Source of the DNA: Octopus vulgaris | Lineage: Eukaryota | Direction of reading: 5' to 3' | DNA: 64,000 nucleotides | Assembly: GCA_951406725.2 (NCBI GenBank) | Contig: OX597830.1 | Span: forward strand, 13,330,001 to 13,394,000 | Shown: positions 51,701 to 64,000 of the stretch, piece after piece | How the letters are laid out: each line of letters opens with the position of its first letter | Position numbering within the stretch: position 1 is the first letter of the stretch | The notes under the pieces: generated by a model | The model's database searches: none | Told to the model about the DNA's origin: nothing | Seen by the model: the letters and a program-made list of their open reading frames with translations, nothing else | Program-made: the position numbers and the translations under genes

Positions 51701-53449
51701 CATGTATGTATATATGTGCTTGTATATTCATATATACATGCACACATAAACACATACACACATGTATGTATGTATGTATGGGTAAATAACAGCAAATCTA
51801 ACTTGCATTCGTCATCTCAACATCATTGTACTAGGGTCCTTAAATATACACTCTTAAAAAAAAAAAAGAGCTAGCAAAATATTGTGTTCTAAAATCACAG
51901 ATGCATATGCGAAAATAAAACAATAGCCTTTTTTGCTGCAGAAATGACTGTTCCACAAACAGCACCATATAACTAAATTAGATTAATAATATGGTGCCAG
52001 AAGGTACGTAATTGTAAAGAAAAATACAAGATAAACACAAAGTAAAAATTAAAAATTGAAATTAATTTTTTCTCCACAACAATTCTAAAATAAGCAGAAG
52101 TGTGTGTAAAAGACGTAAGTGAAAGAGAATGATAATCAACAAGAGCGCAGAACGAAGCGTCACAAAAAGTATAATAGTGTATGTAGGTTAACAAGAACGT
52201 TAAAATGGCGGCTGAAGAAATGGAAAAAAAAAATTTTTGCCTGCTTCTTTCATTCCTATTAAATACATATAATGTTGAAATAAATCAATAACAAAAATTA
52301 AAGAAAATATATATATATATAAAAATAATCAAACGGAAACATATAATAGCAATAACCTAGCTTTACTTTCTCTGACACTCTACTACTGCATATGCTGTTT
52401 ACTGGTTCAACTTTTATTTGTCAAATGTAGAGGAGCTATGTCGCGCAACCGCTTTATTCTTTTGTTAATATTGTTCAGTTCAGATAGCAAAACGCTTTAA
52501 AATTCTCAGAAGCAAAGTGTTTTTTTGTTTTTTTTAAAATATTTCCATTGTTATATAATTTTGCCCAGCTATAATTGTGAGTTGTATGAGTCCTTATAGT
52601 ATTTCGAGACAACCATTTCTTCTGCGGCGAATTTTTCGACAAGAAGTAATAAATAATTCATGAAGTAGCATACCAAAATATATTTTTCTTTGACTTTGAA
52701 TTATTATCACTTCAAAGAATGTTTCTTTTATCCTTAGATACATGCACATATATACATAATCTCACGCGCAATGTTGTACATTTATGGAGGATATAAATAC
52801 CATGCATAATATAACTCAAACATTCAACTATATACACAGAAGCATGCGCCATATACACGTTATACATGCCTTTATATGCCCAGAAACACATGCACACATG
52901 CATGTGTTGTTTATTTTGAAACAGGAGAGAGTCGGTTAGAGTTTATGTTGGTCACTGTCAGTTATGCTTGCTTTGTCTTCGTCAGAGGAAACATTCAAAG
53001 TGTACTGTAAAGATCTCTATTGACTTCCTTGTCTATAACTGTTATCTAACGAAAACTTTTCGAGTTTCTGTCAGAACTGCCATACGATATGCCTCGGGTA
53101 GCACCGTCTTGGGTAGACCGTTACTGAATTATTCTTGAGAAAGTTCCAAATAACTATTTAGCATTGCATGCATGCATGCATACTGGGTGATTACACAGCG
53201 ACGAAATATAAAGGGAACAGTATGAAATCTAGAATCTGAAGGAAGGAGTGTGGTCGCCTTGGCTAGAGCAAACTTACTGACCTACACTCAACGTGGTGAC
53301 ATCCCTCTCTCTTCCTGTCATTCTGAAATGAAGGCAAACATTTGAAACGTTAGATTCTTAATTTTTTACCGTTAAATTCTTCATTCTTTACGGCCACTGA
53401 ACATGGATAAGTGGATGCGTTGTTATTTTCATAACGATATAAGTCAATG

Positions 53450-53509
<60 letters not shown>

Positions 53510-53577
53510 AAATATAAAGGAAAAGTGGAGGTGGTATATGATGAATGTATTTATTTCACCAATTGACATTCATATAA

Positions 53578-53740
53578 TAACGATCGTTTCGTAGCCTTTA
53601 ACATAGAAAAACTATTTTAGTGTATAATAAATAATAAATTATTTTACATGCCTGTATTAATGTAAATATAATATAAATAATACAGTGCAGTTGTTTAATT
53701 TATAAATAAATACAGGTAAAAAAAGGTTGCTCATCAGATA
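53578..53740 (-). ncRNA. degenerate hammerhead-like motif with ~140-nt stem II inside a (TA)n-flanked segment
   Basis: Minus strand CTGATGA-GCAACCTTT...AAAGGCTAC-GAAAC-GATC-GTT; stem I poorly paired. Confidence 0.35.
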
Positions 53741-54046
53741 AAAGAAAATCCTGTTTACTTTCTTTCATTCGCCAACACAATTACATATATACGAACGCAG
53801 AGAGTCAACTTTCAAAATATTGATATATGGAAAACAATATGTAATAAAATTAATAAAACGGTTTACTATAGGAGGGAGGAGGGAGATTTAGCAAGATATT
53901 AAAAAAGTAAACAGTGGATTACTACGGTGGTGGAAAAGAAGGCTATATATATATAGTATGATATAGAGGGAAAATCATATATTTATCTATAATAACCTCT
54001 CTATTTTAGGTTATTTTACGTTATTGACGATAGGTATATGTGTGTC

Positions 54047-54137
<91 letters not shown>

Positions 54138-54815
54138 TCCATATTCATACATGCACACACAAACAAAATGGCGATGATACGCTACTCACTTTGTAATAAG
54201 CATTCAACCCTTGTTCAATAGCACGTTAAATAACAATAATTGTTATATCCCTTTCAGACATTAAAACCAACTGAAGCTTTTCAGGGAGATGAGCATTTGC
54301 CTTTTTAAGTATCTTTAAAAAAACCTTACTGTTTGCGACACTTGTTTTTGCTTAAAAGTGTTCTTTATGACAAGGTACGTTATTGATAGTGAGAAACGCT
54401 TTCTTAACACATTGTTTTTCTTTCATTATTTGTTCTTTTTCTGTGGTTGAATTAGAACTTCTATAAATTGGAGATGTTTTGAAATTAGATACGTTCATCT
54501 GATGGCTAGAAATATAAAAAAAAGTATGTATCAACAGCGCAGATATCTAAGAAAAATGGTTGAATTCTACCCGATTCGTTTTAAATCTCATTAACTCGAA
54601 ATCAAATTCATAACTGATGAACCAGAATGACAAAGACTATTGGAACAAATGTCTTTGAACGAGATTAATATGGAAACAGAGCTTCTAAGCATCACTTGGA
54701 AGCAAATACAATAACATTAACAGATAGGAGAAGAGTGTACACAAAATGAGCAGAAGGATTACTTTCGTTGGATATATTAAAACATAGGAATTAAGACTGT
54801 GGAAATGCAGAACTT

Positions 54816-54980
54816 GGCGCAGGAGTGGCTGTGTGGTAAGTAGCTTGTTTACCAACCACATGGTTCCGGGTTCAGTTCCACTGCGTGGCACCTTGGCCAA
54901 GTGTCTTCTACTATAGCCTCGGGCCGACCAAAGCCATGTGAGTGGATTTGGTAGACGGAAACTGAAAGAAGCCCGTCGAA
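54816..54980 (+). mobile_element. SINE family B 5' half
   Basis: Head through GAAGCCCGTCG, ending at the central microsatellite. Confidence 0.88.
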
Positions 54981-55058
54981 TATATGTGTGTAGATATATA
55001 TATATATACAAAATTTAGAGGACTGACCACTAATAGTGGGCAGCCTGTATGCTAGAAT

Positions 55059-55430
55059 AGGCGCAGGAGTGGCTATGTGGTAAGTAGCTTGTTTACCAAC
55101 CACATGGGCAAGTGGCACCTTGGGCAAGTGCCTTCTACTATAGCCTCGAGCCGACCAAAGCCTTGTGAGTGAAGTTGGTAGACGGAAACTGAAAGAAGCC
55201 CGTCATATATATGTATATATGTGTGCGTGTATGTATGTGTGTCTGTGTTCGTCCCCCTAGCATTGCTTGACAATCGATACTGGTGTGTTTATGTCCCCGT
55301 CACTTAGCGGTTCGGCAAAAAGAGACCGATAGAACAAGTACTGGGCTTACAAAGAATAAGTCCCGGGGTCGAGTTGCTCGATTAAAAGCCGCAGTCAAAT
55401 GACTGAAACAAGTAAAAGACTAAAAGACTA
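55059..55430 (+). mobile_element. SINE family B with internal deletions
   Basis: Head, body and tail present; B-box region deleted. Confidence 0.88.
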
Positions 55431-56065
55431 ACTTATAACACTGCAATGTTGGATGAAGAGTGAAAACTGGTTTTAAGTTATGAAGAGAAATTCAAAAGAG
55501 TATGCAAATTAGGTAAATCATCCATAAAGGAAATTATCAAATCAAAACCATATGCAGAAGCAATAAGACAACCAGGCGGCAGCGAAGGTCGTGTCGGAGA
55601 CAGCAATGCTCAAGGTAATGAACTCCTTCTCCGAAGACGCATTCCGCTCCCGGCTGAAGCAGCCCGACATGGCACAATCAACGTACTTGAATGACGCGTT
55701 GAGCCTGGTCGGGCGCCGGCGGAGCTGAAAAAAGTAAGAGGCTTAGTGCCTCGTACTGTAGGGGCACAGGGCCCAGTATGGAAAACTGTAAGAGGCTTAG
55801 CGCCTCATTTGTAAGGACCTTGTATCCCATTGAACTATAGTAAGACGTTCATAACTTCAATTTGTTTTTATAAAAGAGTAAAAAAGAACAATATTTTCTT
55901 GAAGCAGCGATCGGCGGGCGTCGTCTGCTTCCCTCATCAATATCATTATTTTTCTCATCATTCATTTCATTTGTGTTGTTTTCCAGCCCGCATTTGCTTC
56001 TATGTAAAGCCTTTATGGCTAATTTGATGAAATAAAGAAGCTTGCTCCTCAACTACTTGTACGTA

Positions 56066-56790
56066 CGTATGTATGTATGTATGTATGTATGTATGTATGT
56101 ATGTATGTATGTATGTATGTATGTATGTATGTATGTATGTATGTATGTATGTATGTTTTTCATCCCACAGGGTGTCCAATAAGCACCCTCCTCACCAAGC
56201 AAGGGCGGAGGAACTCTTGAGAGTCAACGGCCATCCAATAAATGTCTTAAGGCTGTATCATGTGCAGGGACATAGAAATAATCGGACTGAATACCCGATC
56301 GCGCGGTTAAACCATTGGGAGTGAAGGACTCCTAGCCTTTGTTAGGAGAAGGTAACTCAGGTAACTGGGATAACTCCGTCATAAAACCTGCGGCTCAGTG
56401 GTTACCGATGATGTTGACTTGTTCTTCTTTTCGGATTATGGCTGCTGTTGCTTAGTGAGTGGGATTGACTCAGTGCACAACCTGTCCTCACTTAAAAAAA
56501 TCTTCTTGCACAGGCATTGCACGATAACAACATTGATTAAGCTTCATGCAATGGCCATACTCGATAACGAGGGGTCAGGCACCATGTATGTATGTATGTA
56601 TGTATGCATGTATGTATGCATGCATGTATGTATGTATGTATGTATGTATGTATGTATGTATGTATGCATGCATGTATGTATGCATGCATGCATGTATGTA
56701 TGTATGTATGTATGTATGTATGTATGTATGTATGTATGTATGCATGCATGTATGTATGTATGCATGTATGTATGTATGCATGAATGTATA
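56066..56790. repeat. (TATG)n array split by a ~430-bp unique insert (56156-56583)
   Basis: Directly visible. Confidence 0.93.
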
Positions 56791-56792
56791 TA

Positions 56793-59700
56793 TGTCTCTT
56801 CTATTTTTCAATTACTATAAATCTTCCACTGAGGCGGGAACCGGTTTCCAACAAAGATACAAGGCTCCATCTTTAGGAGGTAGTCAACACAGACAAATTC
56901 ACATTTGGAACTTGGGAAAAATCTTGCATACTTTTAATGTTCCACACACAGATTGCACTTGTAATGTACGAATTAGTCGATCATTTTCTCTTTCTGAAAA
57001 TCCCAGTTTATCCAGATTCTCCTTTAAGCATTTACTAACAAAACCTAGTGTTCCAATTATTATTGGTATGAATATGAATTCATAGTCTGGATATAGAACC
57101 TGGATGTTTCAAAGCAGTTGTCCATAGATATCCTCTTTTTCTTTGATTTTCAAAGAGATATTTATATCCGGAGGGCAGCTGACCTCTATAACAGTACATG
57201 CCTTTGCCTCCCTGTCCCAAATAACAATATCCGGCGTGTTATGTTTACATTTGACAGACGTTTTGATGGGAATATTCCACTAGTATTCTTTGAGTTGATG
57301 TTTATGAATGTATTCCAGAACAGAAAGATTTTCTAAGTTTACTTTAGGACAGTGAATTTTTTCGTATGCCATTGTAAATTGTTTTAGCAACAACATCGTG
57401 CCGCATAGGGAAGTAGTACCGTGACGACATTTTAGGACATCTGCTAATCACATGCGTGATGTCTTCCACAGAAACATGACATAGCATATACATGCGGCTG
57501 CATCTTGGGATTACAAGTGTCACTGTCTCTCTTGTTCACCAAGTACTTTGTGGCAATCTCCTGTTCCTAGATTGCAAACGCTTAGCCTTCAAAGTGTGAT
57601 GTGATGTAGTGGTGTTGAGTCCAAGAGAGGCTGCGCTTCGTGTCAATTCTACTGTCTTCCTCAAGCTTCCGGACAACATACTCATGCATAGTCTTTTTAT
57701 GTATGCTGAGTGCTTTCCATCCAGGTCTTCTTTGTGGTAAGAGAGCCCAGCTGTTTTGGGACTGTATAGGAGATCATCAGGAAGAGAGTGCTTCTTAAGG
57801 AGCTCACTGCCAGCTTGTATAATGTTGCCGACTTCCCTTTTTAGCATTGCATTTATATATTTATTTTTGTTGCTGTTGTTCAGCAGGTGCTGCCTGAGTG
57901 ATACCATATTGTTTTGTTTTGTTCCTTCTCAAGCCATGCCTGGCTCATAAGGGCCGGTTTTCTGGTTTCTTGGTGTATAGGTTCCTCACCTGGACGGGAC
58001 GCCGGTCCGTCGCAGGTGAGGTGCAAGATGCAGGAGGAAAGAGTGAGAGAAAGTTGTGGTGAAAGAGTCAGCAGAGGTTCGCCGTTACCTTCTGCCAGAG
58101 CCACGTGGAGCTTAGGTGTTTCGCTCATAAACACACACATCGCCCGGTCTGAGATTCGAACCGGCGATCCCTCGACCGCGAGTCCGCTGCTCTAACCACC
58201 AGGCAATGTGCCTCCACCGATACCATATGGCATTCGAAGACCGTCTGCACTGATCTCAGGCCTCTACCGCCTTCATGTCTTCTTAGGTGAACCTGTCAAC
58301 ATTACTGTTTCTGTTGAAGTTCCCAGTTGTTGTCAGGATTTTGCGGGTTTTGATATCTATGGAGTGGATTTCATCTACAGACCAATCAAGTATCCCAAAT
58401 GTTGGGATCAGCACAGGTACTGCAAACGCATTGTGGAATATTGTTTTGTTGTAAGAGGAGCGTTCCAACTGCCATATTTTCCTAAGTCTGGTGTAATATT
58501 CTCGGATCACTCTATTGTTATTCACAGTCCCTTCATATGATACATTTTCATCTATGCCTTGGTACTTGTAACATTCTTTGTGTGGAATGGGGGGAGATAG
58601 GGAGACCGTTGATGCACAGGTTTTGGGTTTGGGGGACTGACTTTCCTCGTTCTACAACCAAATATGAACATTTCCTTTGGCCAAATTCCATGCCTGTATC
58701 AGCTGAAAATGTTATTAATTCCAGTTGTTTTTTTTTTTTTTTTTTGCATTGTTAACACTTTTAGTATAAATCTCGAGGTCGTCTACAAAGAAATTATGAG
58801 TTACATTGATATTTCTAGCATTTGAAGATCCTAGCATGTAACCATTTGTTTTCTGCAGTAGGAACGATAATGGATTCAGTGCCAAAATGAAAAGAAGTAC
58901 AGAAAGATTATCGCCCTTGAATATTCCCTTTGAAATGCTTATACTGTCTGAAACAGTTATTCTATTCTTTGTTGGAAGGGTGAAAATTGTTGTCCATGTC
59001 TTTGTAAGTCTATCTATAGCAGCAATTAGGGTAGTAGGTACTTTGCCAAATGTAGGCACTTCAACAGCCATGAATGAGGGATAGAGTCGAATGCCTTCTT
59101 ATAGTTAAGCCATACTGTCATAAATTTTCTACGCTGTTTTCTTACTTCAGACAGTACAACTTTGTTTATTAAAATTTCTTCTGCATATCCCCACACTCTC
59201 TTCTTTCCACCGACCTGTCCATCAGTCGCAATGTTGTTCGACTCACAATGGTCCTGGAGGAATTGGTCGAAGCAACTTGTGTACAGTTTGTACATAATGT
59301 TTAGGTAAGCAATGGGCCTGTAGTTTCCTGCCATCTCTGTGATGTCATCTTTGGCAACATGATTTGTCCTTGCTGTAGCAAGCCAATTTGGTATATCAGT
59401 CTGACCTTCCATAGTCCTTGTGAACAAACATATCAACTGGTTTCCATAGAATGTCAGCTTCTTCTACCAATATTCAACTATTAGGTCCCTTTCAGGTGCC
59501 TTCCCATTCTGCAGTTTGCCCACTGCCATACTGAAGGTTTCTGCATCAATTTTGTATGTTTTACTGTAAGTGTTGGTACAGTGTTCTCCCTCAATTGTAT
59601 TTAACCCTGATTCATTTAGGTTGAAATTCCTCTTTTCGTTCTAAATTTTTGACCAGAATGATTGTAGATCTTCTTGGGAGGGAGCTTTCTTAATGGTAAT

Positions 59701-60720
59701 ATTTTCCTGCCTCATCTCTCTGTATAAGGCTTGTGGGTTGGAAGCCATCTTGCGATTGATACTGGCTCGTTCAAAAATTCGCATGCGATAGGGAAGTTTC
59801 TCGCTCATCGTCCTGAGTTCATCTTTTAAAGTGATTAACTTTCCCTCAAGAGTTCGGTGTGAAGAGTTGCCATAAAGTTTCATTAATTTTTGTCTTGTGT
59901 TTTATTGTTGTAGTTAACCATCCAATATGGCGGCACATGTTGTTGATGTTTTCTTCAAGTTTTGCTTTCCATCTAGGTTGTTTTCGTTTAGTAATTTTGT
60001 TACTTTGTTCACTGTAGATTTCTCCTGGGTAATCTTTAAGAGTAATAGCGGCTGCGTATATAAAAGTATTTATATTCCAGTAATTAACTTGACGTGATTC
60101 CATGTGCTCTCCAGCGACATCGTTGATAACTGTAAACATTAAACAGGTCGGATTTTTTCTCACTCTTGTTGGCAATGGTCTGTTGCTCAACGAAAGCTTC
60201 GAGAAAGTAGCAAATTTTTTTGCGAATTGTAACTATAAAATGTTTTTGAGTTGGACGTATTCTGCAGTCTTCGTTACTGAGTCGGCTAAATTTGGAGACA
60301 CACTCGAATTTAGCGATGGCGAGAGCGGTGGTTTGTTTACATTATTTTTTATTCCGCGTCTGGAAGATTTTGACCCCTTTTCAGTGTTTTGGGAGGATCG
60401 AGGATCAGTTGATTTGTTTCCCACAAAAGATGCTTGTTGTCGGAGCTGTTTCGCCGTGAAGGTATTTAAGCTGGGATGAGCTTCGTCCCAGTATTGTTTT
60501 GACCGCTTCATGTACCCGATTGAAGGGTCATCTCAGGCTTTTTCATAACACCGAAGTAAATCTTGGTTTAGTTGCTGAGTCCGAATAAAATGAGAAGAAT
60601 ACCTACATCTTCTTAAATAACTTACTGATGAAGTAGTTCTGTTTTCATCGGCGGTGATGTTAGTTTCATCAGTGGTGGTGTTGGTTTCAGCCATAATCGT
60701 GTTAGCGAGATTCCACGTGG
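56793..60720 (-). mobile_element. near full-length R4/Dong-type non-LTR retrotransposon (single ORF ~60694 to ~56900; RT, CCHC, restriction-like endonuclease), decayed
   Basis: LLRCYEKA..GYMKRSKQYWDEAHP, NYRPIAYLNIMYKLYTS, WLNYKKAFDSIPHSWL, KGIFKGDNLSVLLFILALNPLS, HNFFVDDLE, GMEFGQRKC, CHVSVEDITHVISRC, PMRHDVVA, HNTPDIVIWD, GTLKVCKIF; the 3' UTR runs into (TACA)n. Confidence 0.92.
57910..58218 (-). mobile_element. SINE family C (tail type 3, V-SINE-like domain) inserted in the LINE
   Basis: 10-bp TSD GATACCATAT (57900-57909, 58219-58228); minus strand CCTGCGACGGACCGGCGTCCCGTCCAGG resembles the V-SINE central domain. Confidence 0.9.
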
Positions 60721-60764
60721 TGTAGATGTAAATTTTAAAATCTGTTCAGGAAAACGCTAAGTTG

Positions 60765-60992
60765 GTGAGTGTTTATTGAGCGAAAACACTTAGAGCTCCA
60801 CGAGGCTCCGTCAGGGGGTGGTGGCGATCCCTGATGTACTTTTTCGCCACAACTTTCTCAAACTCTTTCTTCTGTTGGCCTGCTCACTTAGCCAGCGGGG
60901 TGGGGTCATTTGAAAGCTAAAACAATGCGAAGTGCATTGTGACCAGCGATGTGTAGCAACATCTGATATCCTGGTCGGTCACGGTGATCACG

Positions 60993-60997
<5 letters not shown>
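60765..60997 (+). mobile_element. SINE family C (tail type 2), 5' truncated
   Basis: Near-identical inverted copy of 61449-61680. Confidence 0.9.
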
Positions 60998-61032
<35 letters not shown>

Positions 61033-61154
61033 AGCGACGAAATATAAAGGGAACAGTATGAAATCTAGAATCTGAAGGAAGGAGTGTGGTCGCCTTGGCT
61101 GGAGCAAACTTACTGACCTATACTCAGCGTGATAACATCCCTCTCTCTTCCTGT

Positions 61155-61203
<49 letters not shown>

Positions 61204-61206
61204 ATA

Positions 61207-61423
61207 ATGATTTCTTTCCTGTTTTGAATTATACATGGAGCCGCCCTTGAGTAATTTCAGCAACATATCAGCTTTTTGCAATAGAAAGAGGTTGCTGGAG
61301 AAAAGAGACTCTGTGAGTGGTTCTTCACAACAATTCTCGCAGCATTATGCAGGCGGTACCAAGATGGAAGAAGCGATACTCAAGGACGGCTCCATGTATA
61401 ATTCAAAACGGGAAAGAAATCAT
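61207..61423. mobile_element. (TA)n-embedded fold-back element (MITE-like), 47-bp terminal inverted repeats
   Basis: 61207-61253 vs 61377-61423, 2 mismatches seen. Confidence 0.7.
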
Positions 61424-61448
61424 TATATATATATATATATGTATATAT

Positions 61449-61758
61449 ATCACCGTGATCACCGTGACCGACCAGGCTATCGGATGTTGCTACACATCGC
61501 TGGCCACAATGCGCTTCGCATTGTTTTAGCCTTCAAATGACGCCACCCCGCTGGCTAAGTGAGCAGGCCAACAGAAGAAAGAGTTTGAGAAAGTTGTGGC
61601 GAAAGAGTACAGCAGGGATCGCCACCACCCCCTGACGGAGCCTCGTGGAGCTCTAAGTGTTTTCGCTCAATAAACACTCGCAACGCCAGGTCTGGGAATC
61701 GAAACCGCGATCCCACAACCGCGAGTCCGCTGCCCTAACCACTGGACCATTGCGCCTC

Positions 61759-61761
<3 letters not shown>
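61449..61761 (-). mobile_element. SINE family C (tail type 2), full length
   Basis: Head GTGGAGGCGCAATGGTCCAGTGGTTAGGGC on the minus strand. Confidence 0.92.
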
Positions 61762-61791
<30 letters not shown>

Positions 61792-61804
61792 GCATATATG
61801 ATTC

Positions 61805-62595
61805 AGGCTTGGCTGTGTGATAAGAAGTCTGCTTCCCAACCACATGGTCCCGGGTTCAGTCCCACTACGTGTCACATTGGGCAAGTGTCATCTACTTTAA
61901 CCTCAGGCTGGTCAAAGCCTTGTGAATGGACTTGGTAGACGGAAACTGAAAGAAGCCCGTCATCATAAAAAAGACAAAGCATATTATCTTGACGTATTGA
62001 ATACCTTACTTTACCTACGGTTCTCTCTTTTCTAACGGAATCTTCCATTGGCATTCAAAAGACACTAATTATATTCGTATTGCTGACTTGATCTAAAACT
62101 TTGTTGCAGCTGAAACAATTTCATTATAGAAAAGTAATGTTAGCAATTTTCGAATACGTAAAATCTGACGCATTCGTATTTTAGTAATTTCCGAATAGTA
62201 CTGTTGGTTTTGTAGTGTCAAGAAGTCGTCGCAGATCGATACCAGTTTCATTGCATTTACTGAAAACCAGTTACTGGTGTGATTTGTCAGCCTCCTATGT
62301 TGCACTTTCCTTCCGTTGAGACTTGATTGTTTTTCCATTGATTTTATTAATTATATTCCTCTTGAAGCCTGTCAGCCAACCATATCAACTACTTTCTTTA
62401 TGGTCAATCGTCTCTTCTTGGGTGTTAGTGTGTTTACTTCTCTCTCAGTAACTTAGCGGTTCGGCAAGACAATTAATAGAATAAGTACTAGGCTTCAAAA
62501 AATAGTCCTAGGTTCGATTTGTTCGACTAAAATCCTTCACGGTGGTGCTCCAGCATTGCCGCAGTCAAATGATTGAAACAAGTAAAAGAATAAAG
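61805..62595 (+). mobile_element. old SINE family B split into 5' (61805-61962) and 3' (62420-62595) halves
   Basis: Both halves recognisable, ~460 bp of unrelated sequence between them. Confidence 0.7.
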
Positions 62596-62667
62596 ATTTA
62601 TAATTTGTTCATCTTCGTGCGTTTTGATTTACAAACATCGAACAGGGGTGGGAGAATTTTCAATATT

Positions 62668-62895
62668 TGTTTCTTTATTGCCCACAAGAGGCTAAACATA
62701 GAGGGGACAAACAAGGACAGACAAACGGATTAAGTCGATTACATCGACCCCAGTGCGTAACTGGTACTTAATTTATCGACCCCGAAAGGATGAAAGGCAA
62801 AGTCGACCTCGGCGGAATTTGAACTCAGAACGCAACGACAGACGCAATACCGCTAAGCATTTCGCCCGGCGTGCTAACGTTTCTGCCAGCTCGCC
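62668..62895 (-). mobile_element. SINE family A with target-site duplication
   Basis: 13-bp TSD AATTTTCAATATT (62655-62667, 62896-62908). Confidence 0.93.
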
Positions 62896-64000
62896 AATTT
62901 TCAATATTGCGTGTTTATTACTATATTGCTTGCTCAAAGTAGCTTATGAACTGTTTGTAGAACAAATGAAATACCAACGAAGATGGAATGGTATTGTAGA
63001 ACAATACAAAAATTAAATATTGTGTTTTTAATTTAGGCAAGGAAAAGATTGAGGCTCGTTAGTATAATCAGTAACACGGTCACGCGGGAAGCTGTATATA
63101 TATATCCTTGATTTGAGACCCGCTACAGAGGTTGGTGCTTATTACCTGCCTTAAGTTTGTGCTTGTAATGTCTTATATAGCTCGCATTAAAATCATATCG
63201 GTTAACTTATTTTTTAAATTTACTAATAGATTAACATTTTTTTCAGCAAATTTTACTTTTACAAACAAAAAAAAAAATACAAAAAAACAAACAAACAAAC
63301 TATAAAACAACATTACAATGAATTTGGGTATTAGTGACCCCTGTCATGACCGGATAATATCATTTAAATTTGTTCTTAGAATATGTACTGAAGCTTGAAG
63401 ATAGAACATAGTCTTTAGAAAGGTGATCACCTTGTCTTTCTAGCGAAAGATAAATTGCTATTTCGTGCTTGAGCTGGTTCATTTGATTAATGAATTATAC
63501 TAAACTGGTGAGGCAAATAAACCGAATACCTCAAACACATGTACAACTTAAAAACAAAAACAAACTTTCGTATATCTCAAAATAGTGGAGGGAGCTTCTG
63601 TTTGGTCATTGGACTTGCTAGAAGTAGCAGTCAAATCTCGTTCAGATCTAAAAGGAAGAAACGAACATACGGGATAATGTTGTACCATAGTCGAATAAAA
63701 AAGAGTTTTTCTGCGACTGAAATGTCCGTAAATGTAGGCCTGCTCCATGAAGCGTTTGGGGCTGACCCGAAGTTAAACAACAGCAGCAGCTGAAGATCTG
63801 AAGATAGGTATGAGGAAGAAAGAGAAGAGAATCATATTAATTACATGATAATTTTTAGTTTTGTCTCACTATGGATGAGTTCGAAACCCTACCGGGATTG
63901 ACATTGCTTTTCTTATCTTTGAGACCGAGAAAACACACTTTATTTAGATGTGCCAATTCGATCAACTGTGTCTCACCTTCGTAAAACTGGGAACATTTCC

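Noticed and set aside
52201-52225. AAAATGGCGGC (YY1-like or start-codon context) as a promoter or first exon
   Set aside because: Single motif; the following frame is short and uninformative
55570-55810. GC-rich patch encoding ...SEDAFRSRL, reminiscent of a Tc1/mariner C-terminus, and a repeated GTAAGAGGCTTAG.GCCTC
   Set aside because: Too short to assign; no TIR or catalytic motif

Overview
AT-rich eukaryotic, repeat-dominated non-coding DNA (intergenic or deep intronic). I found no host protein-coding exon. The repeat landscape resembles an octopod cephalopod genome, which is pattern recognition and not proof. It includes kilobase (TACA)n/(TA)n arrays, several tRNA-derived SINE families, two decayed mariner transposons, a decayed hAT transposase, R4/Dong-type LINEs, three Penelope-like RT remnants, Helitron-like and Merlin-like non-autonomous elements. 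Almost all long ORFs in the supplied track are microsatellite artefacts. The best candidate for an undescribed system is a ~590-bp non-coding insertion at 44812-45415. It has a 351-nt partially tandem unit, a 144-bp 5' inversion, a 14-bp flanking duplication and a near-canonical minimal type I hammerhead ribozyme, which suggests a retrozyme or solo Penelope pLTR. Two more hammerhead-like motifs with unusually long stem II lie in (TA)n-embedded elements. Other notable signals: the R4/Dong LINE copies abut (TACA)n in the same orientation, SINE heads, cores and tails are shuffled as modules, and several ~100-130 bp segments are duplicated within the window. All alignments and mismatch counts were made by eye.
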